From a bacterium (GTDB taxonomy: Bacteria > Patescibacteriota > Minisyncoccia > Phycocordibacterales > UBA9973), in assembly GCA_037143195.1 (NCBI GenBank), contig JBAWZD010000002.1:140620-204619 (forward strand): a stretch of DNA of 64,000 bases. Reading direction: 5' to 3'. Of the stretch, positions 16,943-27,546 are shown piece after piece. Under the pieces are notes generated by a model that worked only from the letters and a program-made list of their open reading frames with translations, was not told where the DNA came from and made no database searches. Every line of letters starts with the position of its first letter. Within the stretch, counting starts at the first letter, position 1. A program made the position numbers and the translations under genes.

Positions 16943-19900
16943 TTAGAGTGTTTCCATCTCCTGTGCGATTGTGAGATGAAGGGTTTGCGCAAGATATCCC
17001 TGTCGACTTTCGACGGGGATATTTTTTGCTATGGTGTGATAGCCTTCATTCGGAAGTTTGCGATCAACTTTGAGAAGATAGGAGCCGTCGGGGAGAGGGT
17101 AGGAGTATTTTCCTGTTGCATCAAGGACGCAGTCAACGATGTCTTGTCCTGTTGCACGTGAAGATATTCGAATGACTCCGAATGAAATCGGAACACCTGT
17201 TTTTGCATCAAAGATATAGCCAAACGGAATCGCATCAAGCGACTTTCTGCGTACCGAGTAGAGACAGAGTGCGAAGAGTACCAAGCTCGCTGTCGCAGGT
17301 CCAAACGAAAGCATGAAGAGTGCAACTGCTCCGATTGAACCGAGGGTAAATATAAGTGTCGTCACGAGGGGAATCACGCGGTCTGAAACTGAATAGAGCT
17401 TGAGACTAGTACTTTGTGTCGAGAGGAATTGTGCGAGATCAAAATTCTCAGGATCGAGTGGGATATTTACTCGAGGAATTTCACCCCTTTGCGTGATGGT
17501 GATTGTCTCGCCACGATTGATGTGACGATATACCTCATCGTGATCTTGATGTATTGCATGTTTGGAAGGGAACGCGTAGTGCGCCTTTGTCGCGACGAGT
17601 GTGTAAGTACCTGGTTGTACGTTGCTGAAGCCGAATGATCCAGACAGGTTCGTCAGTGTTGCTGCGACTTGTTTGCCATCACTCCCGATGAGCGTGATTC
17701 GTACTGGGTCGAGCGGTTCTTTTGTAATACTATTGTACGCCTTGCCCCACGCTGGTGTATTTTTCTTGAATCCAAGTCCGGCTACAAAAAGAGAAATGAG
17801 GCGAGCGGGAATGAACACAAATTCAAGTCCTGAAAGTGAAGTGAGGAACAATCCAGAAATCGAAGTAAATATGAGCACTAAGAGCAAGAGTGTAAGTACA
17901 AGCAAAGCGAAGAATGTGTTCAGGTGGAGTGCCTCATAGGAAGTTTCAATCTTTGTGAATCGACTCGTGATTGGTGGCAAATTGAGACACACAACAGTTT
18001 CAATTTGGTCTCGAATCATTGCGAGTGGTGTCGACGAAGGGCCGAACGTGCAAGGTGCAACGACGACTGGCTGAGGTTGTGTGATTGGTGTCTCAATTAC
18101 TGTCGGAACTGGGGTGGGGACCTGCTCTGTTTGTACTGGCACACTTGGGACTTCTGGTGGGGGAAGAGGTATTTCCGTTTGTACTGGAATAGAAGGAATC
18201 GTCGGGCTAACCGGAGTAACTTTTTTGGCTATTTTTTTGGTCGTCGTGGACGTCGTCGTCTTTGTTTGAGTGTTCTGTGTGTTTTGGTTTGTTTGGGTTT
18301 CTGTCGTCTGCGTAATAACTGGAGTTGTGACCGTAAATCCTGTTACCGAAAGTATATTACTTTGCTGGGCTGACCCATCAGTGAGACGGATTGTACAACC
18401 GTTGTACGTGCCATCGGGAAGAGAGTTGAAGGTGATTGTGTTTGAACCGTTGATAGCACTTGTTGTTGAGCTACTACATCCACCGCTATACGTGATCGTT
18501 CCTGTTGTATTTGAACCGAAAGTATATTTTGGAGTGTGGTTTATCGTTGGTGTTGCAACGGGAACGAGTTCCGAAATCGTTGGTGGTGGTGGAATACCTC
18601 CGCTACGACCACCACCGCCACGAAGACTTGTGCCTGTATCAAATGTGATTGTCGCTGGATTTCCTGCGACGTCCGTTGCTTCGATTGTACACAACCCAGT
18701 GATTGAGCTGAGAATAACAGTGAAATCGCCTTGAGGTGTTGTTGTGAGATTGCCAGTGCAACCACTAGGATAGGTGAGTGTTGCATCACCTGCGATATTG
18801 TCTGCATAGTGAAAAGTAAAATTTGTTGTTGGTGTGGTAACAGGAAGTGGAGTAACGGTTGTAAGTGTCGGTGCTATACCGTCAATGACAAGTGTCTTGT
18901 TCGATCCGAGCGAGCCAGTCGTCCCTGGTGTCGGAAGTGTGAGGTTGGCATCGGTGAGCCCCGTCGCATTGTCTGTGATCGTTCCGCCATTGATACCGAG
19001 CGATGTTGTCGAGGCATAATCGAGGTCACTTGAGGTATCACCACTTGCAACAGTGTAGCCAAAAGTGAGCGTATCTGTACCTGTTCCAGAAATGTAGTCA
19101 ACCGGTGTTGTGGCCGTTGTGCCTGTTTTTAGAATGAGTTGCGGGGTTCCAGTTACTTTTACGGGAGCACTAAAAGTAACTTGGATGGGTATTGGATGCG
19201 CTGATCCGTATGTGCCATCTGTCGTTGGAGAGGTGACATTGGTAACTGTTGGCGCTGCTGAGGGTGGAACGGTGAGTATGACGTACGCGTTTCCCGTTGT
19301 CTTGTCTACGATGGCAATATCATCCCAACCATCTCCGTTGAAGTCACCGGAGGTTATTCCAAGAGGCACAACACCGGCTGGTAATGGGGCGAGAGAATAG
19401 GGAGTAAAATTACCTGACCCGTCGTTTTGTGTTATGAAAATCTGTTGACCATTTACCTGATCATATGAGGCTGCGTCCACATGTCCATCGTGATTGAAAT
19501 CACCGGTTGTTGTTCTGTCACTGCCATTACCAGACCCGCTTCCAGTAGGGACAATCATGTGTGGCGTTGGGTCAAATGCGGCATGAGTCGTATTGAGGAA
19601 GTATGAGTTTGATCCACTGGTAAAATCTTCAGCGACAATATCTCCGTATCCGTCGCTGTTAATATCTTTGGTAACATTTCCAACATAACCTGCGGGAAAC
19701 CCTCCAAAAGGTAAGTATGTAAATCCGCCGCTCCCATTTCCGGCGAGGACGGGTGTGTATCCACTCGCGTAACTTGCTTCAATTAAGTCGGGAAAACCGT
19801 CACCGTTCATGTCGCTTGTTGAAAGTCTAACGATAGTTCCATCTTGCGAAAGTATGTCGGACAAAGTTTCTGGTATTTTGTTGAAAGCGACGGTCTCAGA

Positions 19901-20977
19901 TGGATTGAGAGTGAAATGCCCAGTGCCGTCTCCGTCGAGAATAAGTGCGTTGTTGCCTTTGTTGGTGATTTGAATCGTACAGTCTGAATATATCCCCGGA
20001 CTCATTGAGTTGAAGGTGATTGTGTTGTCGCCTTGGAGAGCTGTTGTTGTCGAACTACTGCAACTACCACCGTAGACAATGGTGCCATCCTTGTCCGAAT
20101 GGAACGTATATCGCGGCGTTTGGTCTGTTGTTGGGTCGGGAATAGGAAGTACTTGAGTGATAGTTGGCGCCGTGATTGGGTCTGTTGATGTACTCACTGG
20201 AGTACGGTTGATAGTAAAGCGGGGAACAACGAGCAGGTTACTCGTGTTGCTTGCCGCATCCGCTGCACTTATCGTGCAGTCGTTGTATGTCCCGTCTGCA
20301 AGTGTATTGAAAGTAATCGTGTTTGTTCCTGTTGTCGCGGTTGTCGTACTACTCGAGCAACTTCCTCCGTAAGTGAGTGTTATTGGGTCCGTCGTCGGTC
20401 CGGTCGCCGAAAGATTGAATGAGAATGATGGCGTGCTCGTTGTCTGCATCGAAGCAAGTGTTCCATTTTCAACAAGGTGGATATATCCAGTCGGTGGTAC
20501 GCTTGGGAGAATAGAAAAACTCGGAACCGAAATCGTGTTACTCCTATTGTCCTCGTAGTCTACGACGGCAAGATCAAGATGATTATTGCTTGCGCTATGA
20601 AATTTTCCTGACGTGATCGAAACGGGAAGAGCCGTTGCTGGGAGAGGGATTGAGACTGGTGCTTGAAATGTACCATCGCCGTTTCCTTTGAGAAAAACGA
20701 TTGAGGGATTCTGTGGGTCAACCGTCGCAAGATCGAGTTTGCCATCCTGGTCGAAGTCTCCCGCGGTGACAGATCGTGGGTGGGTGAGGCCCGTTGGCGA
20801 GCCGGCACTTGATTCAAAAACGACACCTTTGTTGCCAAATGGGTTATGGTGTGAAAATCGAAAGACGAAAAAACCAAACAAAATTACAATGCCAAGAATG
20901 ATGATTGTACGGATAGCACTAATCTCTGGATTTTGCCAGAAATCAAGCATGGTCCGGAGCTGTGTTTTTAATTTCAT
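16943..20977 (-). CDS. Large surface protein with FG-GAP repeats, Ig-like modules and C-terminal TM plus carboxypeptidase-regulatory-like domains
   Basis: GDFDQDGKLDLA, DMNGDGFPDLI, GDFNHDGHVDAA, GDFNGDGWDDIA; three YxGxCSSSTT...CTI modules. Confidence 0.85.
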   Translation of the reverse strand: MKLKTQLRTMLDFWQNPEISAIRTIIILGIVILFGFFVFRFSHHNPFGNKGVVFESSAGSPTGLTHPRSVTAGDFDQDGKLDLATVDPQNPSIVFLKGNGDGTFQAPVSIPLPATALPVSITSGKFHSASNNHLDLAVVDYEDNRSNTISVPSFSILPSVPPTGYIHLVENGTLASMQTTSTPSFSFNLSATGPTTDPITLTYGGSCSSSTTTATTGTNTITFNTLADGTYNDCTISAADAASNTSNLLVVPRFTINRTPVSTSTDPITAPTITQVLPIPDPTTDQTPRYTFHSDKDGTIVYGGSCSSSTTTALQGDNTITFNSMSPGIYSDCTIQITNKGNNALILDGDGTGHFTLNPSETVAFNKIPETLSDILSQDGTIVRLSTSDMNGDGFPDLIEASYASGYTPVLAGNGSGGFTYLPFGGFPAGYVGNVTKDINSDGYGDIVAEDFTSGSNSYFLNTTHAAFDPTPHMIVPTGSGSGNGSDRTTTGDFNHDGHVDAASYDQVNGQQIFITQNDGSGNFTPYSLAPLPAGVVPLGITSGDFNGDGWDDIAIVDKTTGNAYVILTVPPSAAPTVTNVTSPTTDGTYGSAHPIPIQVTFSAPVKVTGTPQLILKTGTTATTPVDYISGTGTDTLTFGYTVASGDTSSDLDYASTTSLGINGGTITDNATGLTDANLTLPTPGTTGSLGSNKTLVIDGIAPTLTTVTPLPVTTPTTNFTFHYADNIAGDATLTYPSGCTGNLTTTPQGDFTVILSSITGLCTIEATDVAGNPATITFDTGTSLRGGGGRSGGIPPPPTISELVPVATPTINHTPKYTFGSNTTGTITYSGGCSSSTTSAINGSNTITFNSLPDGTYNGCTIRLTDGSAQQSNILSVTGFTVTTPVITQTTETQTNQNTQNTQTKTTTSTTTKKIAKKVTPVSPTIPSIPVQTEIPLPPPEVPSVPVQTEQVPTPVPTVIETPITQPQPVVVAPCTFGPSSTPLAMIRDQIETVVCLNLPPITSRFTKIETSYEALHLNTFFALLVLTLLLLVLIFTSISGLFLTSLSGLEFVFIPARLISLFVAGLGFKKNTPAWGKAYNSITKEPLDPVRITLIGSDGKQVAATLTNLSGSFGFSNVQPGTYTLVATKAHYAFPSKHAIHQDHDEVYRHINRGETITITQRGEIPRVNIPLDPENFDLAQFLSTQSTSLKLYSVSDRVIPLVTTLIFTLGSIGAVALFMLSFGPATASLVLFALCLYSVRRKSLDAIPFGYIFDAKTGVPISFGVIRISSRATGQDIVDCVLDATGKYSYPLPDGSYLLKVDRKLPNEGYHTIAKNIPVESRQGYLAQTLHLTIAQEMETL

Positions 20978-21189
20978 GTCACTTCATTATACAGGAAGCA
21001 CACATGAAACATCACGCAAACCTGTTTATTCGTTTGCGTCAGGATACGTCTGAGCAATTGAAACAGCAAGGGCGCTTGCGCTCACGTGAGCTGTCGTCGG
21101 CTGATTGACGACTTGACCTCGGCCATCCAATCCGTTTGTGTGCTGGAGGAGAGAGTGAAATAGCCACACATGACAACACCAAAACGAGA

Positions 21190-22032
21190 TTATTGGGTAA
21201 CAGATCCAACTTCAGCACTTGGCGTTGCGCCACTTGTCATTTCGATGCGTTTTTGGTCGGGAGCTGGTTCAATCATTTTTTGTTCCGGTGCCTCAGGGAG
21301 TTTCTTTTGATTGTCATCATGTTTTTCCTCAGTGTGTTTCTCTACCGCTTCAAAAAGTTCTGGCTCTTTTTCCTTAAGAGTTGTGATCATTTCTCGACTG
21401 ATTTCAGTCGTAGACTCTTGTGCGAGAAGAACGAGTTTTTGCATGGTGCGAGGTTCAATCAAGCCCAAAATTTTGCTATTGAACAATGCTCCGTTTCTAT
21501 ACGTACCCGTTGTCACGAAGCTCTCGAGTTCTTCCTTTGGGAGTACTTTGATTTCATTAAAAAGCTCCTCCATTGTTTTTGTAATTTTTTCAGACTGCCC
21601 CTTTTTTTGCATTTCAGGATCAGGGATTTCTTTGGCCTCTTCTATTTTGTCGTGGTCGGTTTTTTCGTTTTTGGTTTCTTCGAATGGAATATATTCACCA
21701 ACTTTTTCGTTTGATTTTCCTGAGGCAGTATTTGATTCAGGCATTGTCCACTGGTTTTGTGCTTGAAGGAGCTTTGCTTGTTTCTTTGCGAGTGCAGGTG
21801 GCAGTTCGTTTGACTCGGGGAGTCCGAGTTCTGCGCGGATTGAGTTTATTTTTGTGAGTGCAGTAGAGACTTCAGCGTCGAGATTTTTCAATTGAAATTG
21901 AATTGACTCGAGGTTAGGTTTTTCGGGTTCTTTAAATTCGCGCACCATTTTCTCGGGAGCGTTCGGTGTTAATTGACCAACGGCTTCCATCTTGGGTGCG
22001 GTTGGGGCGGGGGCGGTTGTTTCCATGGCCAT
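21190..22032 (-). CDS. Hypothetical charged (E/K-rich) protein
   Basis: Long ORF; ATG at 22032 lies 6 nt after TATACT. Confidence 0.75.
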   Translation of the reverse strand: MAMETTAPAPTAPKMEAVGQLTPNAPEKMVREFKEPEKPNLESIQFQLKNLDAEVSTALTKINSIRAELGLPESNELPPALAKKQAKLLQAQNQWTMPESNTASGKSNEKVGEYIPFEETKNEKTDHDKIEEAKEIPDPEMQKKGQSEKITKTMEELFNEIKVLPKEELESFVTTGTYRNGALFNSKILGLIEPRTMQKLVLLAQESTTEISREMITTLKEKEPELFEAVEKHTEEKHDDNQKKLPEAPEQKMIEPAPDQKRIEMTSGATPSAEVGSVTQ

Positions 22033-22103
22033 ATGCTTAGTATAGGAATTATATAAGTGCTTGATTACAAAATAGTTTTTATAAAGTACGGCTTCACTAT
22101 CTG

Positions 22104-22190
22104 CGGAGGCGGTGAGATTCGAACTCACGGAACCAATTAAGGTTCGACGGTTTAGTAAACCGTTGATTTAAACCACTCATCCACGCCTCC
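22104..22190 (-). tRNA. tRNA-Ser (anticodon ACT/ACU)
   Basis: Acceptor GGAGGCG/CGCCTCC, anticodon arm ACGGT-TTACTAA-ACCGT, long variable arm, discriminator G. Confidence 0.92.
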
Positions 22191-22265
22191 TGTTTCGCAC
22201 TGATGCAGTATAGCTTTTATCGTGAAATAGGCAAGGCGAATTGTTTTTGTATATAATAGTACACA

Positions 22266-23839
22266 TGCGTATACATAAAATAGTTTATGTCTTGATGATC
22301 GTGGCAGTTGTATCTCAAGCGGGTGCTCGGTTTGCACAGGCATCGGGTACAGCACCCACTGTTTCAATAACCATGAGTGATACCAATCTTACTGTTGGCG
22401 AAACAGCGACAGTTGATTTTCTTTTTACAGAAGCACCAGTCAATTTTACTTTGAGCGATGTGATGGCGACAGGAGGGACACTTTCAAATCTCACGACGGT
22501 GAGTGCTTTTGAATACCAAGCAGTGTTCACTCCGACGAGCAATTTCGTCCAGAGCGCAAACAGCATTACCGTTGCTCCCGAGGTCACCATGAGAAACTAT
22601 GTTCGACCAAGCGATTATCCCGACTCTGTTGCATATGATGGCACGAATATTTGGGCCGCCAACTATATGCCTGATGGCAGTATTTTTAAACTCGCTCCAG
22701 ATGGCACTGTCACCGAGTACAGTGGTGACGGCAATTACCACGAAGCGATTGCATTTGATGGTACCAACATGTGGACTGCAAATATTTTTGACAACAGTGT
22801 CACCAAATTTAGTCCGTCTGGTGTGCCGACGACGTATTCGAATACAGGGGCAAGTCCACACGCGCTTGCGTTTGATGGTACCAACATGTGGGTAGCCAAT
22901 ACGAATGATGATAGCGTGGCAAAGATTGGACCGACAGGAACGGTGACGACATATACGAGTGTTGGGGGTGGGCCGAGAGGCATCGCTTTTGACGGTACCA
23001 ATATGTGGACGGCGAACTCACAGGATAATAGTGTTACGAAAATCACGCTCACAGGAACTAAGACTACATATACGGGAACAGGGTCGGCTCCAGTTGGAAT
23101 CACGTTTGATGGGACCAACATGTGGACGGTCAACGGAGGAGATCGCAGTGTAACCAAAATTACACCATCGGGCTCGATGACGACATATACAGGCACGGAT
23201 ATTCAGCCAATATCAATCACGTTCGATGGCACAAATATTTGGACTGGAAATTACAACAATCACACACTCACCAAAGTCACCCTAGCAGGAGTCATGACTA
23301 CATATGCTGGATTGTCTGGAAGTCCATACTCGCTCCTCTTTGACGGCGCAAACATTTGGTCGGCAAACTTAGGTTCCAACCCTGGTCTTACCAAGATTGG
23401 AACTACTTCGACCACTATGTCATCGTCGTACTCGATTGATACGAGGCGCCACACGAGTAGACCAGCTCCGATAGTGGCACCGACGGCAACTAAAACTGCG
23501 AATGGGGGAGACGGAGTCCTTGATTTCGTCCTCAACGACGGTGCGAAAAAAACGAATTCTCCAATCGTGACAGTGCACCTGAATGGAGATCCGAGTTCTG
23601 TTCGAGGCTATGCAGTTTCGCTTGATCCGAATTTCACTACCGGAGGAATTCGTGCGTATACGAATGTAAACCAGACTGATACATTTACACTCCCTGATAC
23701 AGAGGGGACATACACTGTGTATCTTGAGTATTTTTCAACGACAGGTATGAAATCTTCGGTGATACAAAAAGACATTACCTACACGAAAAAGGTTGTAACA
23801 AAATCTTCTGTAAAACGAAAACGAGTTTTGAAGAAATAA
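22266..23839 (+). CDS. Secreted protein with an Ig-like domain and a probable 7-bladed beta-propeller
   Basis: Signal peptide; seven ~39-aa repeats of xFDGTN(M/I)WxAN; basic tail. Confidence 0.85.
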
Positions 23840-23850
23840 AAGGGGGACGA

Positions 23851-23896
23851 TGCGCACAAAAAATCGCCACACTCGTGTGGCGATTTTTTGTGCGCA
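23851..23896. terminator. Bidirectional terminator or palindrome between convergent genes
   Basis: tgcgcacaaaaaatcgccacac-tc-gtgtggcgattttttgtgcgca. Confidence 0.8.
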
Positions 23897-23903
23897 CCGT
23901 CTA

Positions 23904-24146
23904 TTATCTCCGAATGATTCCAACGATAGCAATCAGGATACATGCTCCGAGGAGCGCGACAATGAATGTGTAGAGATTGAAGCCAGTTCCGCTTCCATAT
24001 CCCAACATATTCATAACGAACTTACCGAGCACTGAACCCAAGATACCCACTGCGATATCAATAGTCAGTCCTTCTGGCGAGCCCATTATCATCGACGCAA
24101 CCCATCCGACTAATGCACCAAATATCACTAATACGAGAATACTCAT
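23904..24146 (-). CDS. GlsB/YeaQ/YmgE family membrane protein
   Basis: IFGALVGWVASMIM...GILGSVLG...FIVALLGACILIAI. Confidence 0.9.
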   Translation of the reverse strand: MSILVLVIFGALVGWVASMIMGSPEGLTIDIAVGILGSVLGKFVMNMLGYGSGTGFNLYTFIVALLGACILIAIVGIIRR

Positions 24147-24150
24147 TCAG

Positions 24151-24804
24151 TTAGTTTGTTGTCTGGAACGTTGCAGGCCATGTGATACTTACATTTCCTG
24201 AAGCATCAACAGACTTGAGTGAGTAGTAGTACGTCGTGTTTGTTGCGAGTCCAGTGAGAGCAATTGACTGAGTTCCGTGAAGATCTGCGTCTGACATTGC
24301 TGTTGTTCCACTAACGTCTACTGTGTAAGCGTGCTCACCAAGAGTGAGAGGGCTTGTACTGTAGAAAACTATTCCGCGAGTAGGCTCATTGTTTGTCCAA
24401 CTCATGATCGCACTATTTTTACTCAAGTTTGCATTGATAGCGAGGAATGTTGGAGCATCGATATCGGTTCCTGTACTTACGCCACCTGCCATCTGGGCAT
24501 TGATGACGACGAGTGTTGCTGGTCCAACGCGACCAACACCTGGAAGATTGTTGCGAACCTGAAAGTTTGAAACTGCTGATGTCGTCAATGTTCCAAAGTA
24601 TCCAGTGACGAGTCCTTGTGGATAGATTGTAGGATCAACGGCGAGGAAAGTCTGAAGCGATGAGACATCACTTCCTGACATGCCTTGTTGGAGCTGACGA
24701 GTAAGTGTTGCAGCACTCGCGAGGAGCGGGGAACATGTTGCAACGATAACAGTTGCTGCAATCATGCCACCGAAAACCTTCGAAAAACGTATTGAATTTG
24801 TCAT
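24151..24804 (-). CDS. Secreted peptidoglycan-binding plus fibronectin-III protein
   Basis: LQQGMSGSDVSSLQTFL...TGYFGTLT...VGRVGPAT; LTGLATNTTYYY. Confidence 0.88.
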   Translation of the reverse strand: MTNSIRFSKVFGGMIAATVIVATCSPLLASAATLTRQLQQGMSGSDVSSLQTFLAVDPTIYPQGLVTGYFGTLTTSAVSNFQVRNNLPGVGRVGPATLVVINAQMAGGVSTGTDIDAPTFLAINANLSKNSAIMSWTNNEPTRGIVFYSTSPLTLGEHAYTVDVSGTTAMSDADLHGTQSIALTGLATNTTYYYSLKSVDASGNVSITWPATFQTTN

Positions 24805-25096
24805 AGAATGTGTGGGAGCGAACTCCGTAATGTATAAGCTTCTTGAAAATCGCAGAGTCGAGTGACTCGCGAAACAAAGTGATGTCTAAAAGTGCACATT
24901 TAAAAGATACGTTCCCTTATCAATTTTTGGAGTATTGATAATCAACCAGAGAATATGACTTCGATGAGCGTCGTCAGTTAGATAAATCCTTGACCTCTTA
25001 AGTCTATACCTCTATTTGACAAATAGATAGAACAATTGTTTTATGACACAGTAATCGGTTTACACCTAATAAAAAATAAACGAGCAAAACGTGCGC

Positions 25097-25660
25097 TCAT
25101 TTTTGTAATTCCTCGTTAAAAGTTTCGACAAACCATCGCTTTATATTGTCTATCGTGTCTGGGATTTTTTTACTGTCTTTTGTAGATAAAAGAATTACTG
25201 GCGCTTTCATGCTTTGAAAATCTTTTACCCCAAGTATCAATCTCCCGTCGGGGAGTGCGGTACTCTCATAGTTATCCTTTTTGAAACCAGCTAATGCCTC
25301 TTGAACCGATTGTATAAGTACAACTGGGTTTGGTATGTACTTCTCAAAATAGAGGCTGATTCCAGCGCAACCTCCTTTTCTGAGAGAATCCTTTGCTGAA
25401 GTTAAAAATCGAAAAGTAAATCGGTAACCCGTATCATACTTAGTTATATCTAAATAATTTCCACTACCTAAATCAATCTGTGATTTTATTTTTTCGTCGA
25501 CACTGTCTATGTCGGACGTGGGCAAATTTTTACTACTCTCTTGGAACCCTCCTCCACTAAAATTTGAGGCAAAATAAGACAACTGTTTTGGGTTCGCCTC
25601 GTTGTTCTCAATTTGGCGTACCGGTATTTGAAAATGCTGGTTTTCTTGAGATTCTTTCAT
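25097..25660 (-). CDS. Hypothetical protein (island)
   Basis: AT-rich ORF; no motif recognised. Confidence 0.65.
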   Translation of the reverse strand: MKESQENQHFQIPVRQIENNEANPKQLSYFASNFSGGGFQESSKNLPTSDIDSVDEKIKSQIDLGSGNYLDITKYDTGYRFTFRFLTSAKDSLRKGGCAGISLYFEKYIPNPVVLIQSVQEALAGFKKDNYESTALPDGRLILGVKDFQSMKAPVILLSTKDSKKIPDTIDNIKRWFVETFNEELQK

Positions 25661-25835
25661 ATTCAATATCTTACCTTAAAAAGACCGCGCTTAGCTACTC
25701 AGGCTTGCCAATAAAAAATATTTACAGCGGGGAAGATTATGTGTTTCTCGAACTTATTAAAATCTACCATAGCGTTAAACTGGTAAAGCCAATACTTGAA
25801 TCAGCATTAAACAGGTTAATAATAACACGCACTGC

Positions 25836-26378
25836 CTAATTCAGCTTTCCAACTATTAAATTATAAAGCGCAATAAATTCATCGTCTGCACCATCAAACC
25901 ATGTCATTCGCAAATCAGCATAAGTAAGGCTTGGATAGTGCTTTTCAGCTACTCCCTTGCCCCCTAAATGCCCTCGGATTACAGGGTCGGCATAATCCTT
26001 GCAAAGATTTTTTGCGTGGTCAAAATCGCCATAGGCAAGTACTGCCCCAGGTACTAGTCTTATTAATGCTGTTGGGTGGATGTAATTTTCAAGCAGCCTT
26101 TTCTTTGATATTAAAAAATCTGTGCCGGCAATTAATCCGTAATTCGTTAGGTTCGTAAGGTTATCTGAAACTGATCCTGCGTTTGGCTTATCGCTATCAA
26201 GAAATATAAGGTATGGTTTTGCAAGCTTGGTAAACAAATCAAGGTTTACCCAGTGTTTTACGCCACCACAACCACCAATCGGTATGATGTTAATATTTAG
26301 TTCCTCAAAAGTATGTGGAATATCGCCATTGGCTTTATAAATGGCTGCATTGTGGTGCATAGCTGTTGCATCGTCGCG
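25836..26378 (-). pseudogene. 5'-truncated OLD-family (ATP-dependent endonuclease) TOPRIM-like fragment
   Basis: INIIPIGGCGGVK and IFLDSD (DxD); no upstream ATPase domain. Confidence 0.6.
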
Positions 26379-26464
26379 CAGTGCATACGAAGCGCAGACC
26401 TTGCTGGCGTTCCCGTGAGTTAGTACCTTCGCTGTGGCAAGTCCAAACTAAGCTATTCAAACTA

Positions 26465-26644
26465 ATGACTGAAAAGGAAATAATACAAATAGAGAATGAG
26501 ATTTTTACAAAACTGGTTATTGATACATTGAAACAGCAACGCACTGATGGCGTTGCAATAAAAGATTACTTACTTGATAGGTATGAGATAGATCGGCTTA
26601 CAAAAGAAAAACTCAAACAAATATTGAGTGAACAAAGAAAATGA
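26465..26644 (+). CDS. Small hypothetical protein
   Basis: 59-aa charged helical ORF. Confidence 0.4.
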   Translation: MTEKEIIQIENEIFTKLVIDTLKQQRTDGVAIKDYLLDRYEIDRLTKEKLKQILSEQRK

Positions 26645-26737
26645 TTTTGGTTTTTTTCTTAAAAAGAAAAGGAACAGACGGGTATGCTCCTTTTCTGTTC
26701 CTTAATATGAATTATAGCTTCACTACTGCATCAGGGG

Positions 26738-26992
26738 TTACATTTTTGCCAGCCCCACCATTTTACCGGCCATGAAAGCCATTTCGTGTGTTTTTTTCAA
26801 AATTCCAAAAATTGTTGTGTAGTTAACTTTATCTTCCCCAGATAACGCTTCGAGAATTTCTTCGCCTGTTTCCATTTGAAGAAGTGTACCCAATTGATTC
26901 ATGTGTTTCCCATCAATTGAGATCATTTGCTGGAGCGCATTTATTGCGCTATCTACTGATGTATTCATTGTTATGTTTTTTAGTTTGGTCAT
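26738..26992 (-). CDS. Small hypothetical protein
   Basis: 84-aa ORF. Confidence 0.5.
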   Translation of the reverse strand: MTKLKNITMNTSVDSAINALQQMISIDGKHMNQLGTLLQMETGEEILEALSGEDKVNYTTIFGILKKTHEMAFMAGKMVGLAKM

Positions 26993-27001
26993 ACAATAAC
27001 A

Positions 27002-27312
27002 TTAAAAAGGAATATTGGCAAGACTTAAATAAATGACTGAAATAGAATTGAGGTTGCGTATTCGATTTAGGTTGCGTTGCCAATCGGGGTGATTTCTGAA
27101 ATAGACAGGATTATAGCTGAATTTGATTTTTATCTCATCACCGCCGATTGTTATTCGGTCGGTGATTTGCTCGGCGATTTCGCGTTTAGCGAAATCGCCG
27201 AGCGTATTCCATCTATCATATAGATTCTGTGCTTCATTTATTATCACATCAGAATTCATATACTCTATCTTCACAAAATCTATCTCAGCTTGCAGTGCGG
27301 GGATTGTATTCT
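27002..27312 (-). pseudogene. C-terminal remnant of a large serine recombinase
   Basis: LYDRWNTLGDFAKREIAEQITDRITIGGDEIKIKFSY matches the usual coiled-coil and KR..I..I.I tail pattern. Confidence 0.6.
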
Positions 27313-27528
27313 GCTTTGGATATGGATAAAAGAGACATTGTGCTACAAGTGTTTGCCGAACTCTATATTGAGAATGGCGAACTAAAATACAAAGCAACAG
27401 AAGCGTATCAAGCTTTGTTGATGCGTTTTGAAGCCTCTATTTCTTTGTCTTGCGGGCCACTCGGGATTCAAACTTTCAGAATCAAGCACCGTAAGGGTTT
27501 CTTGAAAAATTTCGACGAGCTAGTTTGA
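27313..27528 (+). pseudogene. C-terminal remnant of a second serine recombinase, reading into a tRNA-3'-like site
   Basis: DKRDIVLQVFAELYIENGELKYKA; 27451-27474 reverse-complements to a T-loop/acceptor-like fragment. Confidence 0.45.
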
Positions 27529-27546
27529 TGCACTCGGGTCTAGATC

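Noticed and set aside
22630-23370. 117-bp periodic repeats as a CRISPR array or DGR
   Set aside because: In-frame protein repeats with synonymous variation; no spacers, cas genes or reverse transcriptase.
24805-25090. Long leader as a riboswitch
   Set aside because: No aptamer consensus recognised.
26380-26430. Possible integron attC site
   Set aside because: No convincing RYYYAAC/GTTRRRY pair or complementary arms.
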